Shown here one piece after another: positions 51,207-64,000 of a stretch of 64,000 bases of DNA (position 1 is its first letter; every line of letters starts with the position of its first letter). Made by a program: the position numbers and the translations under genes. This DNA comes from Lingula anatina. Its lineage: Eukaryota > Animalia > Brachiopoda. The notes below the pieces were generated by a model that saw only the letters and a list, made by a program, of their open reading frames with translations, had not been told where the DNA came from and made no database searches. The DNA lies in assembly GCA_051362555.1 (NCBI GenBank), contig CM120646.1, positions 8,494,001 to 8,558,000 of the forward strand, written 5' to 3'.

Positions 51207-53251
51207 TCACAATGTATGGGGAAGTATAAAACATTATTTATATATGGACAACAACGGCCATAATAGTAGTTATAATCATAATGGGTATTCATTCAACAAT
51301 ACTAAAAAAACTAAAGTCAATTTAGTCCATGCACGTACACTGTATTTTATGCTCACAATACAGGGCTTCTACCAATACCGTAGGCAAACTATTGAATTCC
51401 TCTCCAAGTACATTCTCTTTCTCTACTCTAGCCACCAAAAGACTGCAGACATCAAGATTTGTCAGTTTAGTTTTTATATGCCAGCTGACTGTGAGTGATA
51501 GATACATGTTCAACTAGACAGAAACTGGTTTTAGATGTGAAAAACGGCTTCCGGTTCCCGTCATCTGTAAAGACAAATTGCAACATATACATACCGTTGC
51601 TGACTACGTGCGCTTCAATTTCCTGCAAAGACAAGATATTGCACTGTCTTGCCAGAGGATAAGTTCTTGGTTAATGAAACATCGATTTATTGTGGTGAAA
51701 AGAAGCGAATACATAACATATCGAATGCCCCCCCCCTCATTATTACTCCCCTTCCCTCCCTCCAGATACAACTAGTAAGTGTTGCCGTACGTAGATATAC
51801 TAACACTCGGCCATGAACGTTCTTCTCAATGGTTACCTTTAAGTTTGAGGCACTACCAGATATTCTGTTTTGTACCATTACTCACTTTCTGCTTATAAAG
51901 TATCTTCATAAACGGCGAAAAAGGAGATTACTGAAATGACACATATGTTAATCCATTAGCTGCCATGTATTCATATAACATATAGCCATAATCACTTGTA
52001 TTGATGTATTGTATTGGGTTTTCTAGGCATTCTGAAACCCTGGTTTTCTTAGTAATTAGGATTGTTATTCATTATATTTTATTTGCAGTAGTCGTGCACA
52101 GGTTTATTGAATGTACAGCATAAGAATTGTTAGTAGGTCTTCTAATGGGAACTTGTCAATTTTCAAAAAATGATTGATTATGGGATGAAACACGATGCAT
52201 AGCCCACATTTTTTCAGTTGAATGTGAAGTGTCCTGACGAAAATTTATTATGGTATTGTGACATATACATGTATTTCATCTCTGTTAAGTTACCATTAAC
52301 AGATGTAAAAGCGAGACGATTTTTTTCAGATTATCTTTTAAATTGCATATTCAGCCATCTACATATCAAATAACATTTATTAAATCAAGGACAGAATTAC
52401 AGATTTAGAGCCGTTAACGTAAATATAAAAGGCAATTCGGATGAAAACATCACTGTATCATCGAACGACTGAATTTTCGAGTGCGGTACTTTATTTTAAA
52501 CTCGTGGAATACACAAAATCAATACTTGAATGGATTATGATAGAGGCTTAGTGTTTGCAATTCTCTATCAATGTTATGAAATTCCATAATCAATGTAATT
52601 CCATTGCATAAGCCTAAATGTGGGAATATTGCTGAATGGTTGTAATCATTAGACAGAATAACATATTAATTTGAATTGATTTGTGACTGGATTGTCAATA
52701 TATAAAGACATTTTACATACATGACGGCAGTCTTTAAACAAGCCTTGTCAGCTGCATGGAGGAAGTATTTATTTTTAAAAAATATCAAATCCAATAGCAA
52801 ACTATGACAGGTAATTTTGGGGGAAGAAGGTGTTAAATGTCAAATTGTATTAAAATAAATAAATAAATTAAGTTATTGTGCTAAAGAAATAAAGATCAGT
52901 CATGATAATCATAATAAGGAGGCCAAACTAGACTATTACATATTTTTCCTTGAAGTGCAATAAGAACAATATCATACCTAATGGCCTAGCTATCATGAAT
53001 CCTCCACAGAACACGTAAAACTCATTTTTACATCACATGCCTTTTACGTCACGTTTCTCAGAAGTTTGTTAATTATATGTTTTAGTCCACGAAGAGGGCA
53101 AACGAGCCGGAAGCTTGGGCGCTTTATACTTATTTTGGTCCATCTTAATAGATGCATTTTCAATCTAACATAAAAATTAAGGAAACTCATGCATTTGAAA
53201 ACCGTTGTGCCTTTTATCACATTTTAGACAGTCAACGACAGTTGCACAAAT

Positions 53252-53268
53252 TCTCTCTCTCTCTCTCC

Positions 53269-53331
<63 letters not shown>

Positions 53332-53334
53332 TGT
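53252..53334. repeat. (CT)n(GT)n compound microsatellite
   Basis: Direct reading. Confidence 0.9.
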
Positions 53335-54463
53335 ATGCACATTTGATCCTTGAATAAGAAGAATGCGTCTTTCCGATAGAGTGGGGATATATTTCTGGGT
53401 AACATATACATTTATTGGAACAGGAAACGTAACTAATGGCAAAAACGATTAACTGATGGCTCCAGCAATGGCTTGAGTATCGATAACAAACATGTTTCCA
53501 ACTAGCATTATGCTGGTATACATTGTATTGCGAATCCACTGCACTTACCGCTACATTCAACAACCATATAAACAGCAGTTAAGCGAAGTTCTAATACTTA
53601 ATGTATTTTATTTTATCCACGGAGATAGCTTCTGAAAAACTAAAATTCAGTAGTAAAGGCGTTACTTTTGTCCAAACTGATGATTCGAAATGATGCGAAA
53701 ATGATAAGATACACGTGGCACGTAACTCCTGATCCGTTGTCTTTTGTAGAATGTTAATCTCTTGTGCATCACGGAAAAATAATAATCCATTCTTCCAACG
53801 TGGAAGTGCCTTAACACTGAGAATATTCTCTTAAGACAAACTATCGGATTAATGGGCAATCAATATCCTCCGAGGATTAGTCTGGGCCAGGCGTCCTCGT
53901 GGTAATCTAATTTGTAAGATACTGAAACGAAAGAGCATAAAACGATGCGGCACATTCCTTAATTGGGAAAGAGAGCGCGATTCGGCTTCGTGACCGTGCC
54001 ATTTGTAATGTTACGTCTCCCAAGGTTTACGTAAACAGCTTTTATACAGTATTTTTCATCGATATTGTCGTACCGGTAAATGGTACTGACGAACACTGTT
54101 ACTGCTGTTTAAAGGCGACTGCGAAAAGGGTCATATACAACCTAAAGACTGCTTCTGATAACTGTAAGTATTCTGTTTTCAATCTCTCTCTCTCTCTCTC
54201 TCTCTCATGTGCACAGAAGCACGTTGATGCTTTTTTCTCTGGAAATGAAATTGCCTCTACAGTTTTATCATGCATTTTTTAAGTGAGTAAGTTCGTTTAA
54301 ATCTTAAGTACATACACAATATAGCTTCACACTGAATTGGATCAGTTTTCTCAGGTAAGTATTCAGTTTGCTTGCTAACAGTTTGCTGAGGTGAAATACA
54401 AGAATCTGTGTCAACTTGGCGACACGTTATTTTGATACCGATGTTGTGATGAGTTATCAGTTT

Positions 54464-54540
54464 AATATAATATAATATAATATAATATAATATATTATAT
54501 TATAATATAATATAATATAATAATATATAATATAATATAA
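54464..54540. repeat. (AATAT)n microsatellite with internal inversion
   Basis: Direct reading. Confidence 0.9.
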
Positions 54541-56548
54541 GCTCCATACATAACACAGAACCTATACTCAAGCTTATCCCTCATGCTATCAATCCGGACC
54601 ATAAAATATACATGTACAAGGAAACAACAGTATAATGTAGATATAGTGAAGTGATGTGTCAATGATGATTGTTCCTTTCAATAGTCCGTGTCTTTCATAT
54701 TCATTTACACCAGCTAATGTAAACAGTTATGACAATGTTAACATGGCGGCTTTTCAGAATTCGCATCCTTCGTTGAAAATCAGAATGCCTTCATAACAAT
54801 CGAACGGAAGTGAGTCCTAGTGAAGTCATTAAAACAAGGATCCGCGTGCTTTCTTAGACCTTATATCCTGTATCGCACGAGTGTCTGCTTGGGACTTGGA
54901 AAACAATCGACCGTGTCTTGCTTTATCTTTCTTTTAAGTGGTATTAAGTGCGTATTCGTGAAGTGGGCTATACGATTCGTTCTTAACCTTGTGATAGCAT
55001 GTCCAGTTGTACTGTCAACATATCAGGCCTTATCTCATTTCTGTGTAGTTCCTATTGATTCATCTATTCATTTATTACCATACATATAACTATTCATTTA
55101 GTCATCTGGTCATTGTACCTCTTTAACTATCATTTAGCTATTTTCTTTCTAGGGCTGAGAGGTTCGTTGCCCATGCGTGCCTCTCATGGGTGGAATCGAC
55201 CGATAAATAAGGTTGAACATACCATAACGTTCTAAAATCCATCTGGTTTAACATTGTGGAACGGTCAATCATGAAGAAGTTTCGCTATTTTTAGACAAAC
55301 CTACATGTATGACAGTGACACTGTATTCTGTTTTATCACTGTTATTATTTTAGGTGATTGTTTCTGTATAAGGACCTTAAGAGCAGAAAGAAGATTGTTT
55401 ATTGCCCACTGACTCAGTTTGATTTGCGGTACGGTGTGATAAATGCTGGTTGTTGGTTCGTATTGAAATAAAATATTATATCATTTTTGATCGTCGGAGA
55501 TCGTATAACCCCCCATAACATTAGTGTTTATAAATGAAGAAATAGGAGACATGTATAGGAATTTAGGTTAAGCTAAAAAGAGTCGAATGGCGCCCATGTT
55601 TTTACTTATCTTGTACATGTAACGTTATAAGTTTTTTTCATTGTGCATTTTATCACCTTTTAGAAAGTCTCTCTCTCTCCCTCTCTCTCTTCGTGTGTGT
55701 CTGTGTCTGTTGTGTGAATTAATGTCTAAAATTGCATGTGTATGTGCGCGTGCGTGCTTGTGTGTTCCCTCAAGGAAAGTTTTTTTAGCGTTAGATAGAC
55801 CACGGTTTGTAATATCCAAGCACACATTTAGATTAAGTACTAGTACAATGAATATGTGGACTTCACATTAACCGTCTTTAAGAATTTACATATACGATAT
55901 CTATACATGTACATGTAAGTCGTTATCCTAGATATTGGTATCGCTGGAGTGTCATTCCCTCGTGCGTGTTAAGCTTTTTGTTCTACTGAGTTCTACTTCA
56001 TAAAAACAAGCAAAATATTCTAAACGTGATGTATTTAAGCATATCACGCTTAACAATACTGTTTTATTTTTACGGTTGGTGCCTACTAATATTATACTCC
56101 AATTTCCAATTTGGTCCAGCCGCATTCTACCCTTTTTTTGACAAACGTGCTAATGGTATAATAACACAGTTAAATCACTTTAATTAGCAATAGCGACCGC
56201 CTTAATGTTCTAGATAATTTGATAAAGGGGGAAAATTTTGTTTAAATGAATTTGAAAATGCACTGCTCACACTTCCTTTGTACAATGTCGCTCTCTGGGT
56301 GTTGAATAGTGAAACCCTAATACAAGGATCGTGGGATATGATCATTTCATCATCTATAATGTAACGTAGGCGGGAGAGGGAAGTTTGGTTGAATGACTGT
56401 TGCAAAACCAAGATATATTACTGTCGTATAAATATTGTAGTTAGAAAACTCTCCCTGGCTAACATAACACATATATAAATATCATAAAATCAGTAATGCC
56501 ACTTTGTAAGTACCCAGTACTGTTAGGTTGTTAGATTATTTTGCCTAA

Positions 56549-57488
56549 GGCCACACTTTTTTATTTTTATGGATGACATCCTGCGCGCGCACCGATTTTC
56601 GCCCGTTCTCCGAACCCCCCCCCCCCCCCAGTCCCCAACGAAGTCGGTTGTCCCAAACGTATGCGCATGCGTATTATCGCCACGTGGAAATGTGGCCGCT
56701 TTGCCGTCAAATTCATCTCTAGGATTACTTTCAAATTACACGTCAATAAAAGTCATAAAGAGAACGGGTGCCGTCGTTTTGGATTGGTATGCCATTGATA
56801 TTGGACATGCAGATATCACCTTTTTACAATTGTGCGAAAGGCTGGCGGCAGCGAGCGATTATCGACCGAAAAATTTCTGTGACTTTTTGTACAAAGCAGC
56901 ACATACCAGGTTTTCTGTAGCGAAAAAAAAGGGTCGACAAGGGCGTCGAGGTATTTGGTGGGCTGATGTCGGACAGGCCACCTGACAGTTTGGCTGCCTC
57001 ATGTGAGTCGAAGTAGACAAAATGGCATCGTCCGAAATGACCTTTAATAGATTTGGTAGTATTAAGCATATCTTTGCATCATTTTTTAAACATTTCTGTA
57101 AAGTGTTCAAAATGCTTTAATATTCTGAGAATACAAATAAAGACACACTGTTTGTTTGATATTTGTTTTATTGATTGCTATACCAACAAAATGCATGAAA
57201 TAACCTTGAATATTGATTTGGTAATATGAAGTATATCTATTCATGACTTTTTTAAAAACATTTCTACGAAGTATTCACAATGCTTTAATATTTTGAGAGC
57301 ATGGATAAAGACATATTGTTAGTTTGCTCCGTGTTTCTGTGGTAAAATGTGTGTTTCCAGCTGTGTACTGACAGCATTCCTTAACTTAAGAAGTATTTTT
57401 TTTTTTTGGACTTTTTTCTTTTTCGCCCTCTCGCACCGATTTTGGGGTACCCAGAGGATGTCATCCATAAAAATAAAAAAGTGTGGCC
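56549..57488. mobile_element. 940-bp non-autonomous PIF/Harbinger-like transposon
   Basis: TAA-GGCCACACTTTTTTATTTTTATGGATGACATCCT...AGGATGTCATCCATAAAAATAAAAAAGTGTGGCC-TAA: ~34-bp perfect TIR and TAA TSD. Confidence 0.92.
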
Positions 57489-59111
57489 TAACAGGCAATC
57501 AAGAGTGGAAAATTAAAGTTGCAGGGCGCATTTACAATGAAACTTTCGTATTAGGTAGTCTTAAATACTCTCGCTGAATGCAATTAGATTAACACCCCTC
57601 CTACTGTTTCCAAGGTACTCGTATATAATCTCCAGCCTGTCTGCACTCTACTCAACGACAGGAGAAGGCAAGTTCTTCATTTAATCTGATTGCATTTAGC
57701 AAAGTTCCCCTCGGAGTTAGTTTGTACGATAGTGTCATTGTGAACGCATCTTTACTTGGAAATGTCTTTAATTCATATTTCCTATGTTTACACATCATGT
57801 AAAGCTTCATACCTTTCCCAGTACCAGCTTTGTATATGCCCTACTGACATGTACAGGAAGACATGGCCATTTAAACGTGACGGGAAACATTTAGTGCTAA
57901 TAATCATCTAATTAAAACGGAATACATTTACAAGCGAACCATCCGAAATCCAGTAGAGGGACGGATGGGACAACGATTCGCAAGATTACGTAGGAGAAAA
58001 TTGCTTTTTGAGGGGGATTTAATTAAGCAGGAAAACTCGGATAGGGCATCTTTAAGTTTACACGCGTGCCTATTGCATTAAATGTAGTTAAATGTTTTGA
58101 AACCGCAGAGATCCGGCCAACGGTTGAATTGGCCGACAAAGCCGGGCGCTTTTCTTATCACACATCAGCTTCTGTTTGATGCTGTGCAAGACGATTTCTT
58201 CCAAGCATTCTCATCTTCTGGTATCGTAGAACACCATATTCAACATATTCAGTGCCAACCAGTCAACCTTTTTTGCTGTTGACTATATTGTCAGATGGTG
58301 AATATTGCAGACCGGGAGAACCATATTAACCACTGGAAATATTAAACAATTGATCTTCGTGAGTCAAGCCTGGGATTGTATACAGTTTACCAGCGTGTAT
58401 GCATGAATCTGAACGACTGCTCTTCAAGTTACCTCAAATTCTGCGATAAGACCTCCATGCAGACTTGCACGACGAGACATTACATTTCTTATATCGTCTG
58501 TTGTGGGTGGGGGTGGGAATGGGGGATGAAGAGCCAATTTCTCCTGTATTCAGATTAAACAATGTATCAATACTCGACTATGCATACGGAAATGTACATG
58601 TAGTACCTGGGCACAGGGGCCCAGCACATACACATGCGTGCTACATTCAAAACATATTTTTAAAAATGTAACATGCAGAGGGTACATTAGGCAGATTGAG
58701 ATCCAAATAGTTTTCGTTAATCTCAGCTGTTTCAACCTCGCCTCCACAGTTTGGGGCCTTGGTTATCTCCAACGGCCTATACAAAATGACTACATTGTAT
58801 CACGGGACAGTGTTTGTGCGTTTAACATCAGTTCAATGAGTACCACCACAGTATTTTTTGAATGCATGGGGTGTTCAAACAAGTATTACAATCCTCGAAA
58901 GATACCCATTTCGTGACAGTTGCAAGGCAGTTCGAGTCCAACAGTAGCTAGGGGCCGAGCTACAATTCAGAAATTTATCTGGCACTGAATCTGAATAGAG
59001 CTAGTATACAGCACTGAGGAATACATGTATGTTAAACGCGATTTTGAGAACAAACCTTGTCTAATAACATTATTTACATCACTTTTATTTCTTTTAAGAA
59101 AATCCGTCACC

Positions 59112-62100
59112 ATGTCTATGGGACTTTTAACCTCAACCATGCGGGCATTTAAGGAGGCCGGGATGTCTGTAACAAACATCGACAGTCTTAGATATGCAGA
59201 CAACGCAGATTACAGCCATGTGCGCATGCGCAAATCTAAAATACAGCTAATCTTGCTCAGTGCAGCCGTCTGTGGAATAGAATTCTGTTACGCAGCTGAA
59301 ACTGCTTTTGTCAGTCCATGTTTATTGAAGCTTGGAATCCACGTGTCTTACATGACAATGGTTTGGTGCTTGAGCCCTCTCTTCGGATTCTTCATGGGGC
59401 CGTTGCTTGGCACTCTTAGCGATAGGTGCCGCTTAAAGCTGGGGCGCAGGCGGCCTTTTATTCTCATTTTATCTGCAGGTATCGTACTTGGGCTTATTTT
59501 GGTGCCAAACGGAAGAGATCTTGGGTTTTTGATGGGTGATACGCATGCTTCCTGGAACATTGACAGCGCTGAGAACACCACACAATTTCCTGATCAAAAT
59601 CATGCAAATACATCGGAAATAACGCCAGAAACATACTCAGGAAAGTATTATCGGGGACCTGACAGGAAAGATCACGTTTTATTGAGCAATTTAATTTCAC
59701 CTAATATTACAAGATTTATCACCGATGACTATACAGCGTATATTGACTTGACTACACCGAACAATGCATTAGATGCGCTTTATGCCGACACGAGCACACC
59801 ACTGCCAACAGCAACAATGCTCGAACTAAATACGCCAAGGAGCATCTACGATTTTGTTCCAGGGCTCCATATAAACGGTCTAATCATTACAATCATCGGG
59901 GTGGTGTTCTTGGACTTCAGTTGTGATGCGTGCCAAGCACCTTGTCGGTCTTATCTTCTAGAGGTGACCACGGAGCAAGACCATGCCACCGGCTTGACGA
60001 TATTCACGATGGTAGCAGGCCTTGGCGGTTCCATTGGCTACTTGATGGGTGGGATAAATTGGAATGCAGTGGGTGATAGTAACGGGGATTTCTTCGCACA
60101 TGTCAGGATTGTTTTCTCCATCGTTTTGTTTCTCTTCATCATGTGCGTCCTGATCACGATAACAAGATTTCGGGAAATACCATTGGATGAGATACATGAC
60201 TGGTCGCTTAAGACTTCCAAAAGCGCCACGGAGCAGGATAATAAGAAAACGGGTGATGCTGGCGAACCTGAAACACCTGTCGCGTTATATGATGATGCCT
60301 TTAATTATAATCCGTCTTCTGCCCATACAGCGGATGCGCAACATTTGTATAATTTCAATTCTGATCCACCGCCCAATCGACAAAATCACCAAAACCCTTT
60401 CCCTGCTTACCCAAGTTTCGAAATATCTCGCAGGGCGTCTGATCCAGGCGAGGGGCGCTTATCACGTCCGTACTCATCACCAGATTTGGAAAACCATCTC
60501 CAAATCCCCAACTGCGTGGACCAGGACGGCAGTCATGTCATGAGACAAGATGAAGTCACCCTAAAAGGTTACTGGTTATCAATTCTCCATATGCCTCGGT
60601 CGGTGGCCTATCTCTGCCTGACTAATTTGTTCTGTTGGATGTCTTTGGTATGTTATTCCTTGTACTTTACGGATTTCGTAGGCCAAGTGGTGTATGGAGG
60701 TGATCCTAATGCTCCCGCGGACAGCAAGAAACATAGGTTAGTATTATTAATTAATGAATTAGTTTTAATTCAAATCTTTGAATGAATCAATCAATGAATT
60801 TAATATTATCATTATTATTATTATTGAAAACGAAGGCATGAGCTTTCTGGTACATGTACCTTCTGTGTATTTCAGATATATCTTTGTTTCTACATTGTAT
60901 ACTGATACTTGGACTTTATCAATTGAATACATATTTTTGTAAATATTGGGGTGTTTTTATGCCTAAATAGACTTTGTTTTTAAACAGATGACGTGAAATA
61001 CGGCGCACACTGACGAGAGCTTGTACAGTATTACCGATATGTATGATACCGTACATCCCGGTTTCTGTTTTTTAGCCTCTATGATGAAGGAGTTCGAATG
61101 GGATCGTTTGGTATGGCTCTGTACTCCTTCTCCTGTTCCATGTATTCGCTGGCTATAGAGAAACTTGTCAAAAAGTTCCGTAAGTGGCATATGATATTAC
61201 CTGTAGGTTGGGTCCTTCGCACTTGTAAAAAGGATGAAATTATATTCTTAATGTGTTAGAAATATAAATTGATTTTTGCTTGTGGCGTGTGCTCTATGGA
61301 TTTAATGCAATTCTGATGTTATTAATTAAAACCATGTAAACTTAGCTCCATAGAAATATTTATGATATGATAGAAAATTTTGATAGAAAATACTCAAATG
61401 TTTAAAAATGCTGTCAGAGTTTGGATAGTGTTCAGACTTACATGCAGAAGTCTCTGTATTCTTTTTAAGACTCTCTTTTTAACCCCAAATTCTATTACAG
61501 GGACCAAACCCGTATACATTTGTGGACAACTCGTATACACAGTTGGAATGATACTTATGGCTGCAACTAAAAGCAAGATCGCAGTAATTCTCCTCTCGCC
61601 GACTGCCGGAATAATGTATGCCACGTTGTTTACGCTCCCTTATATGTTAATTGCCAATTACCACTCGTGTGAAATGGTTAGTATGGACTAGTGTTTTGAT
61701 AATAGGACTACTTGAACATGTACCTTATTTCAGTGGTGCAAGAATTTCTCAAAACGAAGAAAATTTCTCAAATTGGTACCGTGTACTTAAGGAAATAGTT
61801 CCCAAAAACAATGCCTCTCAAGAGGCCCTGTGTGTATTTATTGAGACCATTGTTTGAATTACCTGCATTTCTACTTTTTATCAATCTTGTTTGTAATTAT
61901 CGGAATAATCCTACGCTGCGTCACATGCCTTTCCTCTGCAATACTCTAGTTCATGGACAAAATTATTGTTCATGTCCAGTTTCAGGACACATTCTGCTAC
62001 ATTTCTTGCCACAAAATTTTGAATGCTTATGAAATGAACTTTACCTGTTTTTCAGTTTGAAGAACTCGTCCCTGAAAGCACCAAGACAAGCCACCCCCGA

Positions 62101-62283
62101 GGCCTGGGCACTGACGTGGCTCTCGTCAGTAGCATGTGTTTTGCTGCGCAGTTCCTGTTGTCGGCGGGCCTCGGGAGCCTGGTCCACGCAGTGGGGAGTC
62201 CTGTCGCGGTCGTGGTGTGTGCTGCGGTTTTTAGCTTGTTTGGGTCGCTTACAGCAACCAAAGTGCTATATTTAGATAAATAA
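59112..62283 (+). CDS. SLC45: SLC45-family proton/sugar transporter (PAST-A/MATP-like), 4 coding exons, 710 aa
   Basis: Exons 59112-60736, 61076-61179, 61501-61676, 62056-62283 (2133 nt, in phase). Motifs GIEFCYAAETAFVSP, SDRC...GRRRPFI, LDFSCDACQAPCRSYL, YSLYFTDFVGQVVYGGDP, YDEGVRMG, TLFTLPY, RGLGTD. Confidence 0.95.
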
Positions 62284-64000
62284 GCCATGATGCCCCTCCC
62301 CTAAGTGTCGAACCAGTGTTTATATCCGAATGGCAGTATCGCTGAGGCTTCTTTTGCTTAAGTAGAAGATGAAATGTTTCTGTAGCTTACTTTCTTACAT
62401 ATTGTATTGTCGTTCAATTTGACTGGTTGAAAAGAGGCGTTGTCTCTTACAGAGCCGTTGACTAGAGCGCAAATAGCAAATCGTCTAACTGATTTCTGTG
62501 GTTCATGTGCGCAATCGTCAAGTGTCAAACGTGCTAACTGATTGGTTCATCAATATATTTATAATTTCTTTGTGCAAATCTTACCAACGCATAATGCATC
62601 GAATAAACTTGCCGAGGAGGACGTAAGTTTTTCATTTTCATATGTGCCTACACACTTCTGATTGACTGCAGAAAAGAATGCTTAGGTACTTGTACCGGTA
62701 TTGCGGTAGTATGAATAAATGGCCATTTTAAACTACCGGTATCAAACACATCCTATTCACGTTTTATTGAGAGGCGTGTCTAGCAGACATGAGACACCAC
62801 TTCCCTATCGAGATAATATTCAAAAGACGTCGAATAAACCGGGTATGTCTGCTGATGGAAGGGCCAAATAATGTGTAACAAACATGTTCAATACAAGTGC
62901 GATCAATTTTGAGTAAGTGACGTTTGTCAAGGAATTAGATATTCTCAGCGTCGACAAAGCCTACTGCTAATAACGAGGCTTTACAATTAACAATTTAAAT
63001 CTCTCCTATAGAAAAATGTATCCTGAATCTGCACTGAAAGGCACACAATATACAAGTTGCAAGCCTACTCTGTCAAAGCACAAAGTTTGTAAAGTTCTAA
63101 ACAACAGAAGAAAGACTTTAATCAAATGAAATCGGAAATAGAAAGGGCTAATTTAATATTAAAGTTACAGAAACGTCGGGGGGGGGGGGGGGTACTAAAC
63201 AAATAGATTCTGGGAGCATCATTGGAGTGCTTCAGTCTGCTTTGTTACCTGCCTGCATGATGGCGATTAGAGCTTGGTTTTGAATGCAGTGAAAAAAGCT
63301 GATATTATTGCGAGACTAATTCGGTATAAGTTATACTGTTCTTAATGAGAGAGAGATTTAACAGGTAACAAATAATAGTAAATTAAACCTATATTGTTTG
63401 TCTTTGTTGTTTTATCAAATGCGCATAGACGACAGTTGACAGTGTGGCGTAGGAAAAATAAACAAGATCATCTGTCCTTCCTTTTTAATAATAAAACAAT
63501 TCTGATTAAAATAAAAACAGTTTAACAACAGTATGATGATGCGAGATCTTGAATACAGTCAGCGTTTGTGTATGGCCACTTTATACGGCACGATGGATTT
63601 TTCATAACTGCCTTTGTACCCGAAAAGCAATACCGCAAAATGATTTCCTCAGGAAACGAGACTATAAATTTCTACGTACTATTGATTAAAAGTACTTATG
63701 TTATATTTAATAGCGGCATTTATACCCAGGTTGTAGTTAATGACACAACAGAGCAAACAATAAAATCATGTACGTGTATCATCGTAGTAATAACCACTTA
63801 ATTGAAACATTCCTCGTATTTATCCTCGCATCTTAAGATTAGTGGGTTAAAATACAGATGCGGGTATGTTAAATAAGCAGAAATGAAACCATGTCCTCAT
63901 TTTCCTCGTTCAAAATATTTTTTTAAATCCAATGTCTGGGATCTAACGCCTGCTTTGGACGCCCCCTATTCCAGGTAAAGCTACGCCATATTGTTGGCTG

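Noticed and set aside
53152-53563. ORFs over CT/GT microsatellites
   Set aside because: Low-complexity translation artefacts.
58090-58560. Coding-looking segment upstream of SLC45
   Set aside because: No consistent frame, splice sites or recognisable motif; possibly an old TE relic but unsupported.
59025-59111. N-terminal extension of SLC45 from ATG 59025
   Set aside because: Lies upstream of an acceptor (cttttaag, ~59098); ATG 59112 has better context.

Overview
AT-rich eukaryotic DNA from a marine invertebrate (inferred from spliceosomal introns, a Nedx homeobox gene, L2 LINE, Meta-type SINE and Kolobok/Harbinger/hAT-like elements; taxon not determinable). Bases 1-14,017 are a ~193-bp satellite in higher-order blocks. 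It is interrupted six times by a near-identical ~283-nt cassette with minus-strand splice signals, plus two truncated cassettes. A diverged single-copy version of that cassette and further minus-strand exon-like pieces lie at 14.1-15.9 kb, so the array appears to be inside a spliced, probably non-coding or decayed, transcription unit. 19-31 kb is a transposon-dense tract. Four intron-containing protein genes were assembled by hand with consistent splice phases: an orphan type-I membrane protein (-, 31,872-35,186, 508 aa), a VWA7/hemicentin-like membrane protein lacking a vWA domain (+, 40,368-46,225, 526 aa), the NKL homeobox gene Nedx/lms (-, 47,031-49,895, 236 aa) and an SLC45 sugar transporter (+, 59,112-62,283, 710 aa). 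Gene models come from manual reading only; no searches were run.
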